A DNA stretch of 63,875 nucleotides, counting the filler, from Atractiella rhizophila (lineage: Eukaryota), in NCBI GenBank assembly GCA_021432655.1. It is 7 parts of 7 records of this genome, joined end to end, with 100 filler letters (N's around TTAATTAATTAA, not from the genome) between each part and the next. Parts side by side here need not be neighbours in the genome. Positions count along the whole stretch, not along the records: positions 1 to 14,311 come from MU271962.1; positions 14,412 to 24,827 come from MU271964.1; positions 24,928 to 39,081 come from MU271965.1; 4 more parts are not named here. One strand, 5' to 3'. Made by a program: the position numbers and the translations under genes. Below the pieces are notes generated by a model that was not told where the DNA came from, searched no databases, and worked only from the letters and a program-made list of their open reading frames with translations. Of the stretch, positions 12,933 to 24,998 are shown one piece after another (position 1 is the first letter of the stretch; each line of letters opens with the position of its first letter).

Positions 12933-13307
12933 ATGGGATGGGCAGAAGCTACGAGACAGGTGGGCATTGGAATAGGACTCAGCGCTCGAGACCACTTGCC
13001 GGGGGGCAGGGGGACTAAACACACTAGTGAAGCTGGTGAAGAGCACTGTTTTCCGAACGGTGAGACAAGAGTGGAGAGGATGCGGAAGAATAGGATTTCG
13101 GCTGCAAAGTCTAGGAAGAAGAAGAAGGAGTGGATCGAGAGCCTTAATGACAGTGTGTAGTCTCCAATTGCAAGCTTCTGATCCTATCTTACCTGGATGT
13201 ACTTGGATTGTGTAGAGGCAGATGAACTTCAAACTGAAAACATCAGGCTCAAGTCGATCGTTGAAGGCCTTAAGCAGGAAAACGATGTTATGACTAACGA
13301 CCGCTGA
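12933..13307 (+). CDS. Small bZIP-domain gene or decayed bZIP pseudogene
   Basis: Basic region ERMRKNRISAAKSRKKKKEWI. Removing intron 13153-13215 gives the heptad zipper L-NDKADE-L-QTENIR-L-KSIVEG-L-KQENDV-M. Confidence 0.65.
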
Positions 13308-14311
13308 CTGCCTCAAGCCCTGCAATAGGTAAACCTGAAGCAGCGCTGCCACCAGTAAGCGTCTGATATGGTTTATGGCCATATTGTACGGGATGTGCCA
13401 TATCCCTAATGGTCTCCTGGGCCCCTAATTACTGGCAATATCACTCATTGTCATACTGTACCCATGTGAAATCAAGGTATGTTTCCAATATACTGCATAT
13501 ACTGCCGGGTCAGCATTCCCTAAGAAGGGCGACAACACAGATCAGCCAGGTGTGGACAGTGTGTTGCCAGGATGCATTCATGTCTGGTGGGCCGAGGTGC
13601 GTTCTTTTGCCCTTTCCTATAACCTCCAAACCTGCAGTTCCAGACCAGGAGATTGTATTCCAAGCGCTGCTGATGTAGAGGATTCTGCAAAGAGGGTATA
13701 AAAGGTGCGCCACCTCTTTCTTCCCTTAATCCCAGCATCAAATTTAATGCTCATGGTACTGTGTTGACACCAGATCCTTAACACCACATATTAATGTCCC
13801 TGAAAATTCGCTCCAGCCCTTAGATATTCTGGATTCAAGATCTTTGCACCTGTGTGCAGATTTCGTCTCCAAACAGCGAGACCATTGCTTGTAATCTCTG
13901 AGAGATATCAATGAAAATATAGTGTTTCATAAAATCTGTGTTTTTCAAGTATCTATATGCAATTACTGTATTTTTTTCGCAATCTCAAGAATTAGGTCAA
14001 GTCTTTCAGATTCCAAACACCCTTAATGATCTGACCGAGGGAGGGTCAAGAAAACTTTTGCCGCTCCGGATGATCGTTGGACTCCCCAAGGTGGAACCTG
14101 CAGGCCCCCCAGGTTTCCTGGCGCGTTGAGTAACTATTTCGCCAACTTCTAGCACGAGCAAGACACCATTTTCTGCACTTGATATCACTTCAGAGGCTTT
14201 GTTTAACCTCAAAAGCACCTGAAACAAGTTCTTGACCCTTTATACCATCAAAAACTCAATGAAGACCTTTTCCCCACTCCATCCTTGCTTTCCTTAATTT
14301 ATCTTTGCCAG

Positions 14312-14411
14312 NNNNNNNNNNNNNNNNNNNNNNNNNNNNNNNNNNNNNNNNNNNNTTAATTAATTAANNNNNNNNNNNNNNNNNNNNNNNNNNNNNNNNN
14401 NNNNNNNNNNN
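14312..14411. other. Artificial contig linker
   Basis: 44 N + TTAATTAATTAA (stops in all six frames) + 44 N. Confidence 0.99.
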
Positions 14412-15208
14412 TGGTGGAGAGCGCCATATCGTTTAGATCTTTTTGGGAGGAACTTGCCAGTTTATCGCTTTTAACGCGATTCCATATTTGGGGCTGGAGA
14501 ATTGACAATCCTGATCGTTTGCTCCTCCATCCGCTCTCGAGCTCGAATTCGATCAACGATTTCACTGTCGGCTTCCACTCTTCAGATCCAGGTATATACG
14601 TTGGACGGTGGCAAGACCAGCTTCCAGAGCTTCCTCCAGCTGTAGGAGACGCTTTCTCAAGACTCCTACGCCTGCGCGTTGAAGGAGATCTCATGCGACC
14701 CCTGGCCATGCTTTTTCGTCAATTGCAGGACCGTCAAACAGACTTCAAACTACAGTTGCAAACTCTCGATCTAGGCTTTGTACGTCCGTTGAAAACTGAA
14801 GATCAGGAAACATTCTTCAGAATGATCCTGTCCGCTTCGCATTCCTTGCGCACTCTTCGAATAGTTGGACGTCGCAGATGCAGAGAAGGATTCTATGGAG
14901 CCCTGGTCAAATGTGAACATCTCACTCGCTTCACGACAGACTTACTCCTTCGGACAGCAGCGCTTCCCTCTTCTCTGAGAATATTCGAATGGGAAATCGC
15001 AGGTTCGACTGTTGGAAAGAAATTGCCGCTGGAGATAGTTGATGGGCTCCGTCTAACGTCTGGCATGATCCTGAACAGCAATGTCAAAGCGTTCCATGTT
15101 ATCTTGGAGGATCCAGACCTTGAAGACCTAAAGTTTGAACTTCTGTCGAGTGATTGGAGAAAGGATGGGGTCGAATACATAGCAAAACTGTCGTCAGCCC
15201 TTCGGTGA
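14412..15208 (+). CDS. 3' part of an intronless hypothetical protein, leucine-rich (RNI/LRR-like)
   Basis: 264-codon ORF open from the contig edge, with LxxLxL repeats (LQTLDLGF, LRTLRIVG, LRIFEWEI). Confidence 0.5.
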
Positions 15209-16538
15209 GCCTATACCCATACCCTTCATCATCCGTTTTAATTTGATTGACTCTACAGAGGGAAACATCCTCATGTCATACACGCCAGAGTATTATGAGA
15301 ATGTGGTTTACTACGCGCCGATTATTGAGCTAATATATCGTTATGTGTGCTATTGTCACTCCGGCGAATCAGCCAGACGAATTCAGATCGCGACTCTCCC
15401 ACTACAATCATATTTTATTATTTCTCTATTTGTTTTAACTAGCCTTGCATTTTTAAATTGAATGGATGGTGGCGGGAATTTGGGTTGTGATATTTGTTTC
15501 AGTTGTTCCCCTTCCCAAAAAATTGCCAATAATGCATGAAATTGTAGCTTAATCCTATACATTGTCTGTTTACTTTGCTTCTTATTTGTTGGGCGAGGAA
15601 GGGTTAGCGTGCGTATCATTTCCTGTACGCAGTGAAACAATCTTGTTCCGTTTCTATTGAAATTCTGTGTATCGCGGAAATAATATCACAGACTTGAAAC
15701 GATATTGTCTGAAAATGAGCACAATTGGGTACACTTCGGTGCGCACGACAGAAAATATGTTTACGAAGTGAATGAGCATGCACCCAAGCAGAGCCTCTAC
15801 GTCAAGTTCAGTGGTTGTAGGCTTCAGCGCTTCAGCGATCATTGCTTGCCTGTTCTCACTTTTGATCCGCAGTCATTTTGCGTTATTCACTCCTTATCAG
15901 ACCGTGACTGTGTCCATTGTGCAAGGACCGAGAACTAGACAGCAGAGCGACCCAGCCAGAGTAAAAAGAGTATACAATATCTCTCTCCGCGCTGGAAGAA
16001 TCGTGGTAGGAAGATAGATGGAGGATGACGAAAATTGAGATAATCATGATACTCAACTCTACATTCTGTGCATCTTCAAAGCACCTGGAACAGGACGTTC
16101 GCTTGCTTCCAGGTAGGTATGAGCAGCAAGACGTAGCGCCAGCGGAAACACAAGCCAGATCGCATCACTGACATCGCTCATATTCGCACATTCTGCCAGG
16201 ATGTATCACTGGAATTGCCATAGGACACCCTATAATTCAACATTCATTGGATGGATATGATAGCTAGGTGCTTGAAAAGCTGGTGTTGATGATATGAACG
16301 TGAATTCCACCCCAAATGTACAACCCGCCTTTATCTCGTTTAACTCATACCAACATGGTTAACAAATCTCCAACCCATGACATCGACATCCACTACCCTT
16401 TTCATTCCGCCTGAAATCGTCACTCCGTCGTTTCTCACGGCAGCCGGCGACGGAAGCAAACTAGGCGCATCATCGCCAACGACCAACAAAACCAACCGAA
16501 GACCTCGCTCACTCAACCTGCACTTCCAAGAGAGCGCC

Positions 16539-19440
16539 ATGGCTCCTTCGACGAGTGCCACGCCCGACTCGCGCCTGCTAAACAACCTGCTGAAGGTCGA
16601 AAAGGACGCTGCTCAGTCGTACGTTCCACTCCCGTCCCTTAGCTCATCCCGGGTCATGTTACGCTGACGCTGTATTGATGGTTGTGTTGTTTTTTTTTTT
16701 TGTTTTTGTGTGCTGGTGGGATGAAAGGTTCAAGACGTGGACGAAGGATGCGGCTGCTGCTGCTAATGCTCTTTCGGCATGGGCGTTGGCGGATTCGAAC
16801 GTTGGAGGGGCGGAAGGAGGAGCGGAGGAGGGAGGGATGATGGTGCGTTTTTCATCCCCTATTTGTCAAAGAAATGTCTCAAATGGATTGCTGTGATGGG
16901 TAAGGATATAAGCCTTCGTATATCCCAACTGCTCGCTTCCTGCTCAGACTCCCAACTCGCATACCTCGACACGCTCTCCGCCTACCGCCTCTCCCTCTCC
17001 GACGTCCTCACTCGAGAATCGACGATCCGGACGATCCAGCGGGACAAAGACATACTCATCAACCGACTCATCAAACTATCCAACAAAAAGCCGTCCTCCA
17101 CCTCCGAACGGGAGCGTTCCACGCACTACGAGAAGCTTTCGGAGGCTCAGCGGGAGTTGGCTGCCTGTGAGAGGACGCTGAAGGAGGAACAGAGGGCGTT
17201 GGGAGGTGTGAAGAGGAGGATATTTAGAGAGGCGTTGAGTATGAGGATGAGGGGGCTGGATGGACTGGGCGAGACGATGAAGGAGTGTGCGGCGAAGAGT
17301 TTGGCGTTGTTGGATCAGTTGAGGGATGACCATGCACCCATGGAGGAAGGTGAGCCTTTTTCCTCTCTGTTGTGTTGCGGACGAAAGGAAAGGACTATGG
17401 GGAGCATTCGCATGCCATTTAGAATGTGTCAGAGATGCCAACGCACAAGAGCTCGGGGGTTCCCCGACAGAGCCGCGAAAGGGTGGCAAGCTCACCAAGT
17501 GCCTGCTGCCACAGCAAAAGTTCTACCAGATGAAACATGACCGTTTTCCTTTGCATGCAATAACAAGTGGGATTGAGCTAATCCCCGGTCTCGTTACAGA
17601 TGCCACAGCTCGGATATTCCCCTCTCTCCCCATCATTCCTCCAAAAGACGTCGACGCAGAATCCATCTCCTCCCTCCAACCCTCCAACTCGGCCTCCCAA
17701 CAACCCGTCCAGCCTTCTCCTCGTCAATCCATCTCCGAAGGCTCCTCCTCCTCCTCCGAAGAGGGTCTCCCGGCCGACTTAGTGGTGAACGCGGACACGG
17801 CCAAGATTCAACCTGCCCCTTCTGCTGCGAAGAAGGAGAAGAAGAATCGCAACGCCCAGCTCACCGTACACGTTAACCCTCCACGGGTACAAATGGCCGA
17901 TGCAGAGGGAAGCTCCACTCCTACCTCTAAACGTGGTACCATACGGGCGAGGAAGACGTCGACTTCGTCCCCTAGGGCGGTGGTTGGGAATGGAGCGCTT
18001 CCGCGGAGCGAAAGACTGCATGATGCGGCTCATCCTCGTTTGTTGCGCCGACAGAACTCGGACCATTCGTCTGTGAGGGATACCGGATCTCCGAGTCGGA
18101 AGAGTTTCTTGGGAGGGTTGATGGGAGTGTTTAAGCGGAAGGAGAGGGAGGAGAAGGAGGAGTCGGCGGTGGATCGGAGGGGACATTTTAAGGAGGCAAA
18201 GTGGGAGACGAGGACTGATAAGCATTTGAAAAGCTTTAGGAAAGGTGCGAGAGATGAGAGTAGCAGTGAGGAGGAGGAGGTGAAGCGTCTTACGGTTGTC
18301 AAGAATCGGAATCCTGGTTGGAGGGGAAGAGACGCGATGAGCGATGTTGGGGCACCTTCATCGGCGGCGCAGATCGTGGGAACTACTAATGGGACTGCTG
18401 GTGGAGGGAGACTAAAGAAGAAAGTCAAGAAGGCGTCTTCTGACATTGGCGTCTCTACAAATACACCAGCACAAGCTTCCACCTCTCTTGTCCCCGAGTC
18501 GTTACCGTCAAGGAAAAGGAAAGACAGCACGCCAACAGTCACCCCCGCATCTCGAACACGCATATCCTCAACCACCGAACCCGCCTCTCTCTCTCGCGCT
18601 CCCATCCTCGGAACGCTCACCCCGATCGCTCCTCCCCCTCCGATGCCCACAAAGAAGTCGAATTTGGCGCGGATGGATTCCACGTCTACAAACGCGACGG
18701 GAACCGGGACGGGGGCGATGAGGAAGAAGAAGAAGGTGAGGCCGGTCTCGGAAGTGTTTGCGAATGGAGGATACGACGAGGCGCGCTTTTCCACAGGTAG
18801 TTGGGTCGTCAAGCCCCCCGCTGGACTGCCCAGTGAAGATTCGCGGAACTTGATGAGCATTGTTGAAACTCCTCCGGAAAAAGAGGACGATAGGAAACCG
18901 TCGAGACGGTATTCACAGCCAATTGAACCCGCTGTTCCTGTACCTGTCGCCCAAGGTGTGAATGGGAATGGAGGGGATGTCGAGCCGAAGAATGGTGGAC
19001 TACAACCTGGTCCGAGAGAGAAGGAACAGGGGTCCTCTGTTACCAGCGGAAGTTCGTTGAGGCGACCAAAGAGTGTGAGAATGGCGGATGGCACGAAGTT
19101 GGACGAGCCTGCGCCCACTGGTTCGCCTTCGAAACGTAACACCCTTGCGTCTCTCCACCAACCGTTGCACCATGCTTCCCTCCCTGCTCCTCACTCCATA
19201 CTCCGCCAACCGTCCCCATCACCAACCAGAGAGAGACCAGAACCTACGGCGTGGAATACGCGAACGGGGAGGGCGGATGATAGCAGTAGTGATGATGAGG
19301 AGGAGTATAAGCGAGCCCGGAGGCAATTCGGGAAAGTCTCAAGAGCTCTCAGTACTGCAGGGAGGATAGAGCTCGACCAGGAGCCGGTTTCCAGCTCGAA
19401 AAAGAAGGGACTTAATAAGTCGAAAAGCACGAGACGATAA
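16539..19440 (+). CDS. Pil1/Lsp1-like (eisosome BAR-domain) protein with a long disordered C-terminal tail
   Basis: Helical N-terminus DSRLLNNLLKVEK..ALSAWA..YRLSLSDVLTRE..RDKDILINRLIK..KLSEAQRELAACE..KRRIFREAL. Intron 17350-17599 joins it in frame to a ~610-aa S/P/K/R-rich tail. Confidence 0.65.
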
Positions 19441-19747
19441 TACCAAGTGAATTCCAATTGAGTTGGATAACCAACTAACTAATCCAAAAAAAGGAAAAAT
19501 GAAGGAAACATAATCCTTCGTGCGCTGATTCTGTATAAAGATTTAACGACCATTCTTGTTCATGACTTTCTTGACCATTTGACCAATGGTTGTTGTGCTT
19601 TCATCCTTTGATATACTTTCGTTCAGAGGGAGAACTTGAATTCTATCGACGATGTTCACATACATCACAACTACACTCGTTATCAATCCATCTTCTTTTG
19701 GTCAATAACTACACTCGGAGCGAATCAAACTATAGCATCAAACACAA

Positions 19748-22018
19748 TTAAAGACGACTCTCGACCTTGACGTAGATTGACTTGGTCTTTTCACAACGTC
19801 AGTGCATCACCCTGGAAAAGAGAGCAGAACACACCTCCATCCAAGCATCGAGTGCATCTGGACCTCCAACGCGTCCGCTGCCGGATTGTTTCCATCCTAT
19901 CACAGAACAAACTGAGCTGGAGACCTTCTAGTAGAGAAGGGGACACGCTCACCACCGAACGGGAGATCTGGAGCACCACTTGGTGACGTGCAGTTGACAC
20001 CAACTTGCCCTGCTTCAAGCTGTTGCGCGATGCGGAGAGCGCGATCGATGTTCTTCGTAAAGACGGCAGCGTAAAGGCCGTCTACGATAAGAGGTGTTTG
20101 TGAGAAAGTAACATTCTGAAGCATAGAAGGAGACGCACATTCTGTATCGTTTGCTCGTCTCACCACCTCTTCTTCATCTGTAAAACGGTGAACGACGACA
20201 ACCGGCCCAAATACCTCCTCTATATCAGGCATAAGGAGTTGCATCCTGACCGCTATGAGAAGAACGTACCCCGGTTAATCCTTGCATCGTCCGAAACATT
20301 GGTGAAAATGCTTGGAGGGATGAAATATCCCTAGAAACCAATCAGTACACAGCATAGGAGTCCCTACCGAAATCGGGAACACACCTTTTGATTTTCCAGT
20401 AGGCTCCCACCAAGCTCAACGGTGCCTTCCTTCTTCCCAATCTCAAGATATCCCGCCACTTGCTCGTATTGGAACCTATCGATCAGGGGTCCAATTCCGG
20501 CTTTGGGATCTCCCCCTGCGCCTACAGCAACGCCAAATGCTGGCTTGAAGTGGGAAAGAAATTGATCGTAGACCTAGTCGGTCCAGTAATGTCAGGGTCA
20601 GTTTGAAATGAAGAGGAGTTTTTCGCTCACTTTGTCATGAACAAATATGCGACTGTTCATTATGCAAGCCTGGCCGTTGTCTACAGCGGTTTGAGCATGC
20701 GAATGCTTAGGGAAAGAAAGATGAAGCTTACTCAGTTGAAGAGATCGCGCTGCTCCCTCTGCTGCTTGGGCGATGTCAGCATCGTCGAACACGATGCAAG
20801 GGCTATCAAGGGGCCATCACATAAGCATTAATGCGACAAATCAGCAACATACGTTTTTCCTCCCTGTCACAAGACGTCAATGGAACCCTGCTGTATATTC
20901 GATGTAAACTCACAAGTTCGAGAGTGAATTTCTTCAAATTTGAAGAAGCACATGCAGCTGCAATCTTCTTCCCCGTTCGCATTGAACCAACAAAACAGAG
21001 TTTTCGAATCTATAACAAAACTAGGTAAGACTGCACAGAACTATAAAAAGACGAGAAAACATGCCTCCATATTGCTCGAAAGCAAGGCTCCAACTTCACC
21101 GTCACCCGATAGCGTTTGGACAACTCCAGCGGGAACTCCGGCTTCATGAAGAAGGCCATTGAGGAGCAGACACTTATCAAAACCGTTAATGCCTTGAATG
21201 GGTTCGATAAATGGAATCATACTGAAAGAGGAGCTGTGGACGGCATCAGACTGGGATGAATGAGAAAAGAAGTAATACAAACCTTTTTCTGATGATTTAA
21301 CTATGATGCTGTTGCCTGCTAAGATTGCACTGTTTGAAAAAGTGAGGAATGGAAGTAGAAATATGGGATTTTCGCTTACGAGACGACGTGCTGCACCCAG
21401 AACTGCAAGAAATCAGGCCAGGAACGGATCCGTGTAATTGTTGAACACTTACGATGGTGGGAGACTATTCCCGTTCGGTGAGAAATAGCTCAGTGAAGGA
21501 AGACAGACTACCTACGTTGAATGGAAGAATGGAGCAGACGACTCCGTAGGGCTGCTTGATTGTGTAGTTCAAAAATCCGGCGGTGTTTAAAGAAGAATGT
21601 CCTCCGACGGTACCCGCAACACCACAGATGTAGCGAATGAGCATGGGGAGATAGACTGTCTCGAAGTACCCCATGTTTGCCGATTTTCCTTGCAAGAATC
21701 CCAGCTAATGCATTTTTAGTCTTGAGTTGGCAACGAAAGGTTTGGACGAACCTGCGAAATTTTATCTATGTTCTGCTTTACAATTTCCATAAACTTGAAG
21801 CAGAAATCGATCCTCTGTCCCATCCCCAAGGCGGCCCAAGCAGGTTGGGCTGCTTTTGCTGCTGCCACTGCTTCTTCGACCTCTTCAGCACCTGCAGCAT
21901 GGACATCTGCCACCACTTCTTCTGTGGAGGGATTGACAAAAGGGAAGCTTTTCCCAGACTTCGAAGGCTTGTAGGAGCCGTTGATGAAGAGCCGAGTTTC
22001 GTATGAGCTCGTGGACAT
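19748..22018 (-). CDS. NAD(P)+-dependent aldehyde dehydrogenase, multi-exon
   Basis: Spliced motifs ETRLFING, ILPFN, KSSEKAPLS, FVGS, TLEL|GGKT|PCIVFDDAD, NGQAC (catalytic Cys), EEVFGPV, PFGG. Confidence 0.95.
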
Positions 22019-22097
22019 TTTTTGAGTTGAATTGTTTCTCGACCGTAGAACGTGTTGGAAGGTGTGATGGGACTGAGCTGATCCCATGCCATCCTCC

Positions 22098-22114
22098 TTT
22101 TTATATTGACGTGG
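22098..22114 (-). promoter_or_regulatory. Candidate core promoter of the ALDH gene (CCACGTCA element plus TATA box)
   Basis: Minus strand reads CCACGTCAATATAAAAA about 80-95 nt upstream of the ATG at 22018. Confidence 0.45.
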
Positions 22115-24141
22115 TGGAGACGCGCAAGGTGGATCATCCTGCTGATTGGTCTCCACCGTCTCAGGCTCCTCTCATCTCATTGCCTCTCACCTCCATCAAT
22201 CGGCGGCAAAGGAAACGCTACCTCGGTTCACGTAAATAGTACCACAAGACTTGATCGCGGTTTGCGCTTGTACGGCGCGGCGCGACCAGTTGGGCCGCTC
22301 GCCCGAGCAAACCCTTGTTATGTAAGGGAAAGGCTAGCCAGATTGCTGCAGTCGTACAGTATTGTATTATCATGCGGCATTTACTCAGATGCCTAGATGA
22401 CATAGAGTCAAGTTGGAACCATGAACGTCACATCGCTCCCCGATTGCTTGTGTCCCTTCGTCTGCACTTCGTTTCTGTGGCATGTAGGCTACACGAGGCT
22501 GCTGCACTTGTGCTGTTTTCGGAGTGTCCTCTCAACTGAGTAAGCTGGCTCCACCCTTCGAGGCTCCACTTCAAAGCAGGGGGTGACTCATCGGGCTGTT
22601 GGGACTCCTGAGGTTCGTAACTAACAACATCGTGAGTAGGGAAGTGGATACATTATTTTGTGAGCTCCCTCGGCGATCCAGCCTGTCACTGCGATCGAAC
22701 TTGAGCTACTGGAATGCTGGAAGGACGCGGAACACAAGATTGAGGATATGTTGTGGGCTGTCTGGTCCGGGGTGAAGATTGAATACTGAATATTTGAATC
22801 ACGACTCGAGCAGAAGAACTGAACTCGAAGGTCGTCCTGCACCTTCTACTCCGCTTCACGCATGAGCGATGTGACTGGCGAGGACAACTGGCGACGACGG
22901 CATCCCACTAGAGGTGCACGCAGAAGCGTCTTTGAAGCTTCCTCACACGGATTAGGCTCCCATAAGCTCAGGAGGCAGGAAATGTCTTGTATTCGAACTT
23001 GTCCTCGTTGAAATCACCGGATGTGAAGTCGAATTTGAAAGAGAGGACAGTCGGCAGGTGGGACGAGAAAGTGAGGAGAATGAAAGTTGGATAACGGTCC
23101 ATGGAGGGGGAATGACGATCGGAGCGAATGCTATTTTGTCTTTCATGTCGCTTTAGGCACCTGGCTCCATCAAACCTCTCTGGAACTGCCTTCTGAAGAT
23201 TGTAGTTTCCAAGGCATTCTGCGCGTCAACTATCAAATTAAATGACGAACATTTGAAATGGGCACAGAAGAACAATGACAAACATAAACACAGTCTTTTG
23301 TACAAATGAAGAGTTCTGGCCGTAAGATGGGGGCATTATATTGCCACATTCCAGAAAACTAAAGAACTTTGCCACTGAGTGGCACGAAACTAGACCTCAG
23401 GCCAACTTGGCCAGTGAGATGGTCTGGAAAACTTATCAATGCAACTTGCCAACTTCAGGACCTCATCCTTCAAAAGGACAGGCCACTCAGAACCTAATCT
23501 CAAAGTTTCCAGCGTCTAGGTGTCTCAGAAATACATTCTCCTTTGAGCTCGACTGTAAATTCATACCCAATCCGAGTCAATAAGCTGGAGATTGCTCGCT
23601 GATTTGTCCTCTGAATGAGGGTAAACAAACTGTGAGCCTTTGAGAAATAAATTATTGCGCTGCAAAATCTTTGCCATATCCCTGTTCAGTAACTCGAATG
23701 TTCAGGTTCAGATGCTGCAGGACAAGACTGGTTTCTGTGTACCACAAGAGAAGTGCTGTCTAAACGGGCTGCAAAACCCGTCCTTTCCCACTTCTATGGA
23801 GGGATTGCTACGGAGTGGCGCAACCGCTTCTCATTCCATGGCTAACGGTTGAACACGAAAGAAGAGACAGACCGAAACCTGTCAACGTTTTGTAAGTTAC
23901 CACATAATCCCTATTTTTGCTCATGATTGCAAGAGTACGGACAGCCCAACAAGTTCGCCAGGTATCAGCAGCTGTATTTTAAAAGCTGGATATCGCTTCG
24001 CGATCTGTATTTCAGCGGTCGGAATTGGACGGGTTTGCATAATGCGCTTCCGTTAACAAAATCAATACTCTGCGCTGCGATCTCACATTGATCTGCATTC
24101 ATCGAATATTCATCGTTATCGGTCTGTTTTCTCGACGCAAA

Positions 24142-24827
24142 ATGTCTGCTGTTAAAGAGCAGGTCACTGTGTGTCCTACTTCCTTTGCCATTGGCTTGGA
24201 TATGACCAAACCTACGCGACTTATAGATCTCGCCAGTCAGCCAACAACCAGTGTTTAAGATTCCCTACACTTCCGCCACCGAAATTGAAAGCGTCATCAA
24301 GCGGTCCATCGCGGCTCAGAAGAAATGGGTACGTTATCTACTAACGGATTAAACAGTCTGATAAGTCTTTATACTTGCTTGCAGCGCAAGGTTCCACTTG
24401 AAGAGAGGATCAAGCTGGCAAATAGGATCGTAGATCAAGTTGAGAAGGATAAAGAAGAGATTGCGAAGGAGATTACTGAGCAAATGGGAAGGTAAATTCT
24501 CTCCTTTCCTTTGGTATGAGAATCAGTTCCTTCAAGTTCATTCAATCTTCCATGTTACAAGCTTCTCAGAAACGTCTCTAGCTGATTGGCTTAGTTCATG
24601 GCTTCATATCAGCTTTATCAAGGCTCATTGTAATAAAAGGCCCTCATCGAGAGAACCTGGTTTTGGATTGTATAACATATTCGCCTAATGACACTGTCCT
24701 TTCGCCAGTATTTCCCTCACACCTCTACACATTATTATTTCGGCATTGCTTGTGGAACTGACATTACCTCTCTTCATAGACCCATCCGATATACTGCTGG
24801 AGAAGTGAATGGCTTCCTCCAGCGTGC
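24142..24827 (+). CDS. Second aldehyde dehydrogenase, 5' portion truncated by contig end
   Basis: Spliced MSAVKEQVT|ISPVSQQPV..AAQKKW|RKVPLEERIKL..EIAKEITEQMGR|PIRYTAGEVNGFLQR is a typical ALDH N-terminus. Confidence 0.85.
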
Positions 24828-24927
24828 NNNNNNNNNNNNNNNNNNNNNNNNNNNNNNNNNNNNNNNNNNNNTTAATTAATTAANNNNNNNNNNNNNNNNN
24901 NNNNNNNNNNNNNNNNNNNNNNNNNNN
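24828..24927. other. Artificial contig linker
   Basis: 44 N + TTAATTAATTAA + 44 N. Confidence 0.99.
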
Positions 24928-24998
24928 CACTTGCTTTAGCTGCATTTCACCACCAGGTAGACTATATGACATTCAAAGTTGTGACATCGGAAAGCTAG

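Noticed and set aside
18030..19142. 370-aa antisense ORF (likewise 55732-56358, 59340-59892, 60547-61239)
   Set aside because: Shadow frames of real low-complexity coding regions on the opposite strand.
22600..23160. Broken minus-strand reading frames between the ALDH genes
   Set aside because: Multiple stops and no recognisable motif; cannot support a gene call.
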